DNA of 64,000 bases, taken from positions 14,426 to 78,425 of the forward strand of contig NMRA01000183.1 of NCBI GenBank assembly GCA_002633005.1. The letters are read 5' to 3'. This DNA is from Phoronis australis. Lineage: Eukaryota; Animalia; Phoronida. Positions 49,801-61,600 of this stretch are shown here, in pieces. How positions within the stretch are numbered: the stretch's first letter is position 1; each line of letters opens with the position of its first letter. Both the position numbers and the translations under genes were made by a program. The notes beneath the pieces are model-generated. The model was not told the DNA's origin and did not search any database. It saw nothing but the letters and a program-made list of their open reading frames with translations.

Positions 49801-50930
49801 AAGAACGAATAACCTTTAGTTACACTGTTTAGTTTCCTATAGTCTACACAAAACCTTACGCTACCATCCTTTTTGGTTACTAATACTATAGGTGCGCAAA
49901 AGTTGGATCTAGAGGGTTAATATAACTTTCGCAGAAAGCATTTTATTCACCGCTTCTTTAGCTATTTGCTGCTTCGCTATCGGAAGTCGATATGGCCTCT
50001 GCTTGACAACTGTGCCGTCCGGCACGTCTATGCGCATTTGTATCGTGCTCGTTTTCCCTAAATCGAGATCGGTTGCTGCGAAAACATCGCCATTTTGCTT
50101 CACTAAGCTAACATACTCATCAGGTGTATCAATCTCGGATAAGTCCAACGTTTGTTTACTAACCGACTGGGCCGATGTTGATTTATCTAATACATTCATA
50201 ATGTTTGCATTACTTAGCTCTTCAACCTTTCCTACTGCAACTCCTCGTTTTATCTTGATATATCGGCCAGAATTATTGATTATTTCTACCGGAAAATTTC
50301 CGGCCTTGCCCGGCTTTATTACTGCGTTTGAAATTGACAAGCCAGGTTCTGAATTTAGGAATCCGGTTGTTAAAGGTGACGCCTGGAATATTTGTTGTCT
50401 TTTGCTACCCCTGGCGGCGCAACTTCTGGAGCGACATACAACCTTGGAATAAGGTCTAACTATAATTTCTTTGATTACTCTAACATAAGACTTAACCAGC
50501 GAATCTTGAATTAAGGGTGTGTAAAGTTCTTTTATTCGTAACATTCTGAGATCAAAGTAGACACAATTATTCTTATGAAGAAAGTCTTCCCAATTATCAT
50601 TCTTCAGTTTGCATGTACATCTCGAATCACTACAAATTCATGATTGAGAATATTGTTTCCGATTTTTAAGCTTAACAGGACACAAGCGAGGACATTCAAA
50701 CGTTGATTATCTGCTGTCTGAACTACAGGTTTTCGATTAACTATTTCTACCAAGTCTTTTCGTTTAAGCTCTTCAAATGTAACTTCCGAAATAACGGATA
50801 TTGCAGCACCCGAGTCAATTAGCGCTCTGACTCGCGTCTATCCTACCTGTACTTGAATACTATCCTCGCTTCCCAAAAAACATAAAGTTACAACATCATC
50901 CTGACTCGTGGAAGCTCTCGAGTCAGTGCA
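46891..50930 (-). pseudogene. pol: Gypsy pol (PR-RT-RNase H-IN), many frameshifts and stops
   Basis: ALIDSGAAISVI (PR). QRPYRLP, RFCVDYRKLN, LDVRSGVWQI, AYIDDCII (RT). YTDASDFAIG..EKECFA (RH). CVTCQ, IDCVGP, SDNGSEF, NGRVERSH (IN). Acidic C-terminal tail. Confidence 0.93.
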
Positions 50931-50942
50931 CATTAGTTTCCC
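50901..50942 (-). promoter_or_regulatory. -1 programmed ribosomal frameshift signal (gag-pol)
   Basis: Slippery GGGAAAC (50942-50936) directly before TAA, 9-nt spacer, then stem CTGACTCG/CGAGTCAG (50926-50901). Confidence 0.8.
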
Positions 50943-51860
50943 TGGGGGTTAACGTCATGTGGCGTGGTATCAGCAGGGCTTGGGTTGGCAGAGTAATTAA
51001 CTGGCTTCTGATTCGGTTGGGCGGCCAAAAATCTTTTAAAACTGAAACAGTCACGTTTCATGTGGCCAAGTTTTTTACAAAAGAAACATCTGATTTGTTC
51101 TTTGTCTAGAGCGGAGCGTTAACAGTGCTGGGCGCCCGACAGTCCCTCGTCCTATGATTTGTTCTGTTGCAAATTCTGCATCTTTGAGGAGGGGATATTT
51201 TGTCAATGCCCATAGGACTGATTTCCCGGTTATCTCCCGGTTTTAAATTCATTAGCGCCCATAGGTGTATTTCCAGAACAGCAACTTTAAGGTTGTCCCT
51301 GAGAGTTGTTGGACCTGAACGTAGGACGTGCTCTCATATTCTCGCGTCCTGGAGCCCATCCACAAAAAACCCAATTAATTGTTCTTGTAGAACGTCCAAT
51401 GCCGCCTGGTCGTCAAACGCTTCTCGCGCTGCCGACAACAGTCGCTCGCCATACATTTCGTTTGGTCGTTGCTTAATTGATTTTAATCGACCAAATGTCA
51501 AAATTTTGTCAGTGATAGGGGCAAAGCGCAATTAAATTCTGCTTTAAACTGCTCATACATGCGTTGTGTGTGGTCTGCCGTATAACGTTTAATGAATGCC
51601 GAAACTTCACCCCCCGATCTTTGATATGCAATTAAGATTTGTTTCCTGGAATCCATACTGAAAAAAATTACGGCCATCTTTTCTATCTCGCTCACCCAAG
51701 CTCGAAACCCATGAACATCTCCTGAGAAAACGGGGATATTTGACGCCAGTGACGTTTCGCTCATGGAATTCGTAGCATCGGTAACATCTCTGGTGAAATT
51801 GCCTGCAAGTCCCGTAAAAATTCGGCTAAGTCTACTCGTCCACTTTGGCAAACGTGTCAC
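50933..51860 (-). pseudogene. gag: Gypsy gag, decayed
   Basis: IPVFSGD..FRAWVSEIE, IKQRPNE, LIGFFVDGL, and zinc knuckle CFFCKKLGHMKRDC (~51085-51045). Confidence 0.88.
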
Positions 51861-52315
51861 AAAACAATCTCAGACTGCAATACATCGGTGATTTTTATCA
51901 CTTTCCTTTAACCAATATTTAATGAATTGTACATTTTTCAAGCATTCCAGCAATACTCCCCAACAGCATGCTTTGAGTTCTTCCCACACGTGTGAACTGA
52001 ATATGAACCTTAAAACTCTCAGATATTTCGATCATTTTTGAAATCCCTACAGCTTTATATATAAGTTTCACTATCCACTAGTCCCAGGAATGTAAGTTGC
52101 AATAAAAGTGTCCGTCTACACACTCAGTAACTAAACTTTGAGGACGGTTTGGAGGTGGAGTGTCGTTTGTGAACCTGTAAACGAGTATTGTAAAACAACT
52201 CTAGGGACACATTGATACAATCGAAATAAAGACATAATACACGTATAAAAATCTCTGCTAAATGAGTCATGTTTTTATATCGCAAGCTCCACAGAAACAC
52301 GAAACTCTTTTGTAA

Positions 52316-54361
52316 TTACATGCTGGAGGAATGTTTCACATTCACCTCAACATAAGGTATGTAGTATTTCCCGTTGATAAACCGGAACCCACGTGATAGC
52401 CTCTTCTTTATAACACAATGAGTCTCCCGTTCAGTAGCGCTAGGACCTCACTAAAACGCAAGACTTCGCGAGTTTCGTGAGACATTCCCGTATATTTTAA
52501 ATTAGAACACATGACTTTGACTAGATTTTAGCTAAGTCCAAGCGTAGGTCCTAGCCTTCCTGAACGCACCCCGGCACGGCAATATAAACCGGAACCTACG
52601 TATTAGCCTCTTCTTTATAACACAATGCAGCACGGCGACGCAATACTTTTCATATTCCAAAGCCATGTAGAGTTGATGAATGTGTAAAACCATTTCTTTG
52701 TGCTGGGACAATCGTCCGCCCGCTTCCGACATTAAGGCGATCAAAATGTTGAACATCATATTTACAGGAATGACGAGTACGAACGTAAAGTGGACAAACA
52801 TGGGAGATAATTGATTGCTGGTCTGAACTGAAACCATATTGAGCGTGAAAAGGAAAGTATTGTATAGACTACTGCCCATAGCAACAAATGCGGGATTAAT
52901 TCCAATCAAAATTGTATGGAACACGAGAGCAAAAGAGAAAACTAAAAACAGAAGGTTTATAAACAACTTCACCATAACTGTAACCGATTTTTGAAAAGCC
53001 ACAGTGTCAGTAAAAACTTATGAAGCTAATAGGCTGCACGTAGTATATGAAAGACCAAACACTAGTAATGGATCAGGACCACATAATTGTGAGAACATCA
53101 ATCTCAGGAAAAATGCACTTCGAGTAACCTAATAGAATATCCCATGCTATACAGGCATCAAATTGAATACAGTACTTTAGGACGTCGTTGCACACCACAT
53201 AATTAGGTTTCCCGAATCCTCGAAAAAATTTCGTTTTTCAAATTTTCTGGAAAAGCTGATATCAAATCTTAACAAAACACCGTTCTGTACACACTCATCG
53301 TAAATTGATATGAGCGCAGAAAATACCATACTCACGACTTCGTTCAATTGACGAGATTAAACAAAGTTTAATTTAACAGTTTAAGGATTCAACGCTGCTT
53401 GTTGTGTGGTTGTATATTAGAGAACAGTTGTCTATAACGCTTTGTGGTTGTACATGTACATTAAAGCAGTTTTGTGTGAGGAGATAATGTCCTCGTGAAC
53501 AAGGTATGAAATGTAGTACGCGAACATCATGAAAAGATATACGGCACACATAGCCAGACGAACTGCTAGTGCTATGAAATATACAACAAATGTTTGCTTA
53601 ATGACATACTCTGCAACCAGTTTAAGGAATTTTAAATACTCATCATTGTAATCATCATTGTCTAAACTGTCAAAACCAACATGTTTAACATCTAATCTCA
53701 ATAATGAACGATAAATTCGAGTTGCATTTGCCCCATAATAGTCTGTGACGTCCTGCAAATGCGTCATTTCGAGACCATGTTCTTCCGTGTTCCGGTAGAC
53801 ATTTTCTGTGTTGTAAATGGAACTAAAAAGTTTAAAACATCCAAGCCGCGCCGCTTATTTCAAAGAACAAAACTCTTCCGAGATCTCCTTTAGTGACATG
53901 TTTTTCAAGGACAGTCCGTCGTCTTGTCGGATAGAAAATGACTTGATAGTCTCGTACACAACGTTGAAACAATGTTCAGATTCAAGCCAAGCACTTCCGA
54001 AAACAGCAATCATGTGAAAGATGTTGTAAGCAAGCGTAAAAGAACGCGTTATTGTGTCAGGAAGTACTCGTAGAAGGAAGCCCCTGTCGTACGAGTTGTG
54101 AGAAAGATTCAGTTTCCCGTTGGCAATGTTTGTTTCGTCTGCTGACAGTTTGAGATGTAGAAGGCCTTTACGAGCAGGTGAATCTAGTTTATTAAGTATC
54201 GCTTTAGCCTGAACGTGGCCTCTATCCCTCAAAGCTCGAATTCAGACTTTGTGCAAAGGATTCCAAGCTTCCAAGTGCTCTTCATTGCATGGGTTGACTA
54301 GTATATCCGCTTGTACCGAGAAGACAGCGTTGTGGAAACCTCAAAAACACGCCGTTTCCAT
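52316..54361 (-). pseudogene. Disabled paralog of the TRPV-like gene
   Basis: High colinear similarity to 35644-37557. Deletion of the VMSKS..EDGG ankyrin segment, stop at 53855, frameshifts, and an insertion at 52421-52583. Confidence 0.92.
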
Positions 54362-57300
54362 TAGTTGACTGACGGTCGGACAGTGCTTGTGACGCTGCAA
54401 TAAGAGGTTTAGCAACGTAAGCTCACATGTTTACTGATTGGCCAATAAAATACGTTTTTCACTATGTAAACAATATCGGAGGCTTTAGGTCACCCGCCGC
54501 AGTTGGTAAAAAGTGGTCGATCAAAAGAAGCAAAATTTGGGCTGGAATTGCTACGAATAAAAACATTCTCACATTATTATAATTTATATCACTGTGAATA
54601 TTTATTATCAAAAGGTACTTGTTTTGTTTTATATCGGGGTGTTACGTCTTTTGTGCAGATATAGATAATGGAATGGTTGAAATTCCATTGATTTACAATA
54701 TGCAGTCATGATAAGCATTTACTTCAATAAGGCATTTCCTCCATTTCAACAGCTTAAAATGATCCTGTAGTTTGAAAGCCAAGTAATGCAACTGTTTCAA
54801 GTTTGTTAAAGATACTTTTTTCACTTCACATTAGTTAAGAACGGCTTTTAGCGCAAGATAGTTCAGCCGAACAACAAGCCCAAATAATGTTCATTTTATA
54901 AAGCTCCAAACATTTTGAAACGTTATCGAATTTATTGTAATTTTTTACTATACTTTCTGTATTTTGTAGTGCATCTCCACCTAAAATAGCCGCCGCATGG
55001 AGTGGCAGGTGATTACTGGGTTATCGGTTCTCGCTCAACTGCATCATATGTAATAAGGTTTCCTCGGACACCCTGTGTACTTTTAAAAGGATTATTTCAT
55101 TTTGGTAGTAAAATCAGGTAATCAAAAGCAGTGCTGAAAGCCAGTATCAGTTTCGTACATGAAGTAAAAATCGATAAGGTATCCGTGATTGATATTTGAT
55201 TAATCACAGACGAACTGGAACTCAATCAATAATCTACATGTACATGTAGATACTACATGGAAATTTAATTATCCACAGCGACATTTGACTTCATGTAGCT
55301 CCCATAGGAAGATATCCTAATTACGTTAAACCTTGTTACTTTAACTAGAGCTCGTTCTTTCAACCATTGCCTATTAGAATATAACTGTTTGCGCAGATTG
55401 AATAGTCGTAAGATGTTGTTAAATTTTTCTTGTTGTTTTACATCCCGTTTTGATTGTTATGAATTAATAGCAGGCTGCTAATAATTCAATCACAGCATCA
55501 TTCCTGGAAATCTCCTTTGCTCATTCATCATTCCTCAGAGATAAGAAAGTATCATAAGTTATAACGATTGACGACAAACCTTGAAGGAAAAATAACAACC
55601 CTTGAAAATGGTTGATATGGGTTAATAAAAAGATATTTTCACATAAAGTATATCCAACTCAAATTTCCTCCACTTATCAACGTAACATTGCATTCAACAT
55701 ACGGAGGCTCAGTGGTCTGTAAACTGTGTTCACTGACCACAAACACGCACTAACAAATCATGGCTTACGCATCCAAAAGTTTGTCTCACAGACTCACAGC
55801 CACAATACACGGCGCAAGGACCACACTACGACCAAGACCCATGTAAAAGGCGATCCACAGACTCCAACACAGAAACCAGAATTTCGCGCATGAGTTGGTA
55901 CGGCTCGACAAGCATTGGTTTTCTACAAAATTTGAAATGTTCTTCCTTCTTGAGCAGCTGATACAAAACGTACATGGATTAGAAAATAATGAACCTCTGT
56001 TCTGCTCACTTGGCCTCTGCAAGAATTCGCGATCCCAAATTAAAAAGGCACGCGGCCTGCAGTATTGGACTGTTTGTGTCCTGACAAAAGCAAAGGAGAC
56101 GTCAACTATGATCGAGGAAGTCAACGAGTGAAAGAATTTCGTAACAGAAAGACATTACAGCAGTTTACAAGGCCAACTGCACAAAATCGCGACAGAATAC
56201 CCATTTCTGTTGGAGTAGAAACTGTTTAGATTTTACCTAAATTTTGACAAATGTTACCATACGCATTTTATCGAAATTGCGATAACTTGCCATATGCAAA
56301 TCAAAGATGAGCAGCTAACACCACTTTAAACTCTGTGAAAATCGACATTTTATTGACACAATTGTTGAACTAAATTCTGACAAAATGTTTGTCCAAGTTG
56401 GGAACGATCTGACAGTTTTGGAGCAGTCTGCCTAGCTAAGTTTTTGGAAATTAAAGTGCTGAGGTGTAGATCGTATCGCATATCGCAAGGTAGAATGCCT
56501 TGCGAGAAAGACTGGACGTGGAAACGAACAGCAAATAGCCAAGGTTTCATTGAAGCTTTAATGAACGGGAAGGATTGCAAGATGTGTCGCTCATGCATGT
56601 ACAATGTCGGGCTTCATGGCACCTTTTCCAATTGTTTATTTAACTAATTGCATGATACAGAAATAGGCCATACCTACTGTGTGGCATTTACATGTCAACA
56701 TTATTTTGTTTGACCATTGGCAACACTTTGCTGTAATTCCAATGGGAAGGGAAGTGATTATATGAATCAACGGAGATAGCTTAATTTAACGAAATGGCGA
56801 CCGTCAAAGTTGTTACACTCTAATGGTAATTCTGTGTTGGCATTCAACTTCCATTAGCGTTTAATTGGTGAAACACTCAATAGAATCTCGATCTCTTTAC
56901 AAACATTTGAAAGCGAAGGAAATTTACCCCAGTCTCAAACAAATGCTTAACGTAACTTGAACGGGTTCACCACTTATCATGAATAATTGTGCTGATGACA
57001 TCGACGATACTGCACCATCTTGTCAATGGTTGGGTAAATGCAGACGAGGATAATGAATATGACCATCATGATGATGACGTCCGGCGGTGATGATGATGCG
57101 TGCTAGTGGTGTTGATATGATGATGTTGATAATAATATTGATTTTGATAACACGGATGGTGATGACTGATGTGGTAGTCGAATCCCCTTTTGAGTGTTAG
57201 AGAAACAGAAACAAAAAACTTATTTTGCAGAAACAAGACCTCTGAATCTGGGAGAAAATGTTGACTTAAAGTTTTACAAGTTTCTTGCGAGTGGGGAACA

Positions 57301-58339
57301 GACTAGTTGGTCCCATCCCGGCGAAAGATTGTCCAGTACCACCCCAAAGCCTGTGGATACCGGCAGTCTAATTCTAGAACACTGTGCCCGACAATCTTTC
57401 TCACCCGTACAAAGCGATTAATACGAGAAAAAAAAAAACACTGTTATTCACCGCTCTTAGCAATTCAGGTGGAACAAGCAGCGGAGAATAAAAGACTGCT
57501 TCGTTTTATACAATTTTGATTGCTCTTTATAGTTGTTTAGAACTGAAGGTAGATACGAGGTTCAGGGTTTTCGTAAAATTTTGAAAATTTTTCAAAAAAT
57601 AAGTCCAATATTAATTGATAAACTTTACTTTGATAAAAGTGACCTTACGATCACAGCTTTTCTAGGGACACGGATTAAAGTTGTCTTCAATAATTACTCA
57701 AGCCATGCAAAGAGAGCCGAGATGTTTTGTATTCGCGTTCGTTTTCTCATATGTGACGAGATTTTCTGAAGTTATCCGACAGCCTTCTGAAAACCCAGAC
57801 CCCTTGTTGTACTGCCTCTTGAATTGGTCTATTGTGTGTGGATATTGTTGGACTGCATTCAATGTCGTCGAAACGTAATTAGCAGTCAGGAGGCAAAGTA
57901 TTTTGGGTGAGAATTAAACTTATTTGTTATTTCAGTTTATAATTCACCGATTTCCAAAAATTGCAATTTGCGATCTCGATCCGGAGAAGTTAACATATAC
58001 ATGTAACTTAAAGATGTGTCATGGACAATGAGAAGAGTAGCTCTAATATAATGAACAAGAGGATATTCCAGCAACAAGTACACAGTGTTCAGTTTGAACA
58101 GCACCGCAATTACAGAGACACTCCGATCTTGGGATTATGGACCAGCTACCAGATTATATTTTAAATTAATGAAATGATGACATTATTTGTCATAGACATG
58201 TGCGTTGATGTTCACAATAAAACCAGCAAGCCGAGATTTGCGAATTTATATCTACATGTCAATATGCTCATGAAGTCCATTTCAGCTGGCCTAGTGGGGC
58301 GCCTATTCCAGAACCCTACGAACCGAAAAACTATTCAGT

Positions 58340-58740
58340 AAATAGTCTGATTGTATCGCCAGTTTTGTATGGCGAGCTGAAGACTGGGAGACGGAAGCAA
58401 GGACGCCCTCGCCTTCGCTACAAAGACACCGTCAAAGCCAACCTGAAGTGGTGCAACATCAAACCCAAGGAGCTGAAAGCTGTTGCAGGAGAGAGACCAA
58501 AGGGGCGAGCCACGATTCGAAAAGCAGCTGCCAGTTTTGAGGATGACCGCTGTAAGAGACTCGAAGCTGCTCGAGAGAAACGCCACTCAGCCGCATCCAC
58601 CACTGTTACCACGACGGAGTTCTAATGCCCCACCTGTGCTCAACTCTGCGCGTCAAGACTGGGACTGCAGAGCCATCTTCGTGTACATAGACGATGAGAC
58701 ACACAACCTACGTCATCTTCGGACCCGAAGGACTACCAGC
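58340..58740 (+). mobile_element. 3' fragment of an RTE-clade LINE with C2H2 finger
   Basis: YGELKTGRRKQGRPRLRYKDTVKANLK...*CPTCAQLCASRLGLQSHLRVH. Confidence 0.85.
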
Positions 58741-59340
58741 ACCGCTAAAAAACAACCAACAAACACTTAATAAACTTCTTCCTCGCTGCGCCGCCAATTT
58801 AGACATGTGATTAACAGTTCTGGTGGTAAGTGAGAGTTTCACGACTCAGTAACTTAGATGAGTAAGACACAAAGTGGAGAAGGAACCTATTCCAGAAGAA
58901 AGAACGTGAACTCTTAAACCTATTGCAAAATTCCCCAAAGAACGTCATGTCATTATGGTCGAAATATTGCATTTTCTGGTAATATTGAAATAAAAGACAC
59001 TAGTAAGGTTGTATGCGACTTCAAGGCCATGTCACTTACACTAAGGCCACGCCTTCTTTCAATCAACCATGCTCTATTCTACATGTAAGTATCACCTGAC
59101 ATAAACCATTCCAAGAGAGAACTGAATTAAATAACAAAAGAACACATCACTGACTTGAATAATAAAAGAACACGTCAATGACGTTTTGCAAAGATTATTT
59201 TGGAAGGCATAGGCCTAAACAATGTATTTCCTCAGGACATTTAAGAGCATACTAAACGATGTTTTGATGATTTCCAGCAATCCTGGTTTTATCACCAGTT
59301 AATTCATCACTGGCGTTCATCTTCGAAGTTAAAAGCAGGA

Positions 59341-61600
59341 ATTATACTCATACTTCCTGTGTCACTGATTAATCATAATCATACTCCCTGTGTCACAGAT
59401 TGATCATACTCACACTCTCTGTGTCACAGATTGATCATACTCATACTCCCTCTGTCATAGATTGACCATACACATACTCCCTGTGTCACAGATTGATCAT
59501 ACTCACACTCCCTGTGTCACAGATTGATCATAATCATACTCCTTGTGTCACAGATTGATCATAATCATACTCCCTGTGTCACAGATTGATCATAATCATT
59601 CTCCCTGCGTCACAGATTGATCATACTCATACTCCCTATGTCGCAGATTGATCATACTCATACTTCCTGTGTCACAGACTGATCATATTCTAACTCCCCG
59701 TGTCACAGATTGATCGTAATCATACTCCCTGTGTCACAGATTGTACTCACACTCCCTATGTCACAAACTGGTCATACTCATACTCCCTATGTCGCAGATT
59801 GATCTTACTCATACTTCCTGTGTCACAGATTGATCATAATCATAATCCCTGTGTCACAGAGTGATCATACTCATACTCACTGCGTCACAGATTGATCATA
59901 TTGATACTCCCTGTGTCACAGATTGATCATACTCACACTCCCTGTGTCACAGATTGATCATAATCATACTCCGTGTGTCACAGATTGGTCATACTCACAC
60001 TCCCTGCGTCACAGATTGATCATACTCACACTCCCGGTGTCAGATTGATCATACATATACTCCNNNNNNNNNNNNNNNNNNNNNNNNNNNNNNNNNNNNN
60101 NNNNNNNNNNNNNNNNNNNNNNNNNNNNNNNNNNNNNNNNNNNNNNNNNNNNNNNNNNNNNNNNNNNNNNNNNNNNNNNNNNNNNNNNNNNNNNNNNNNN
60201 NNNNNNNNNNNNNNNNNNNNNNNNNNNNNNNNNNNNNNNNNNNNNNNNNNNNNNNNNNNNNNNNNNNNNNNNNNNNNNNNNNNNNNNNNNNNNNNNNNNN
60301 NNNNNNNNNNNNNNNNNNNNNNNNNNNNNNNNNNNNNNNNNNNNNNNNNNNNNNNNNNNNNNNNNNNNNNNNNNNNNNNNNNNNNNNNNNNNNNNNNNNN
60401 NNNNNNNNNNNNNNNNNNNNNNNNNNNNNNNNNNNNNNNNNNNNNNNNNNNNNNNNNNNNNNNNNNNNNNNNNNNNNNNNNNNNNNNNNNNNNNNNNNNN
60501 NNNNNNNNNNNNNNNNNNNNTGTGTCACAGATTGATCATACTCAGACTCCCTGTGTCACAGATTGATCATACTCACACTCACTGTGTCACAGATTGATCA
60601 TACTCACACTCCCCGTGTCACAGATTGATCATACTCATACTACCTGTGTCGCAGATTGATCATACTCAGACTCCCTGTGTCAGAGATTGATCATACTCAT
60701 ACTCCCGGTGTCACAGATTGGTCATACTCATAATTCCTGTATCACAGATTGATCATACTCTAACTCCCCGTGTCACAGATTGATCATAATCATAATCCCT
60801 GTGTCACAGATTGTACTCACACTCCCTATGTCACAAACTGGTCATACTCATACTCCCTGTGTCACAGATTGATCATACTCCCACTCCCAGTGTCACAGAT
60901 TGATCATACTCATACTTAATGTGTCAGAGATTGCTGATACTAACACTCCCTGTGTCAGAGATTGATCATAATCATACTCCGTGTGTCACAGATTGATCAT
61001 ACTTATACTCCCTGTGTCACAGATTGATCGTACACTCCCTGTGTCACAGATTGATCATACTCATACTCCCTGCGTCACATATTGCTCATACTCATACTCC
61101 CTGCGCCACAAATTGATCATACTCATACTCCCTGGGTCACAGATTGATCATACTCACACTCCCTATGTCACAAATTGATCATATTCATACTCCCTGTGTC
61201 ACAGATTGAACATACTCACACTCCCTGTGTCACAGATTGATCATACTCATACTCCCTGTGTCAAAGATTGATCATATTCATACTCCCTGTGTCACAGATT
61301 GATCATACTCATAGTCCCTGTGTCACAGACTGATCATAATCACACTCCCTGCGTCACATATTGGTTATACTCATACAACATGTGTCACAGATTGATCATA
61401 CTCATACTACCTGTGTCACAGATTGGTCAAACTCACACTCCCATCCCTGTGTCACAGATTGATCATACTCATACTCCCTGTGTCACAGATTGATCATATT
61501 CACACTCCTTGTGTCACAAATTGATCATACTCATACTCCCTGTGTCACAGATTGATCATACTCACACTCCTTGTGTCACAAATTGGTCATTCTCATACTC
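59341..61600. repeat. 31-bp satellite array spanning an assembly gap
   Basis: Unit ACTCCCTGTGTCACAGATTGATCATACTCAT, dozens of diverged copies. Confidence 0.97.
60064..60520. other. Assembly gap (N run)
   Basis: Ns inside the satellite. Confidence 1.

Larger units (their letters stand above)
41567..51880. mobile_element. Env-bearing Gypsy/Metaviridae LTR retrotransposon, decayed and rearranged
   Basis: Two LTR copies, a PPT, and gag-CCHC, PR-RT-RH-IN and env on the minus strand. Host duplicate sequence stops at 41566 and resumes at ~51881. Confidence 0.93.
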
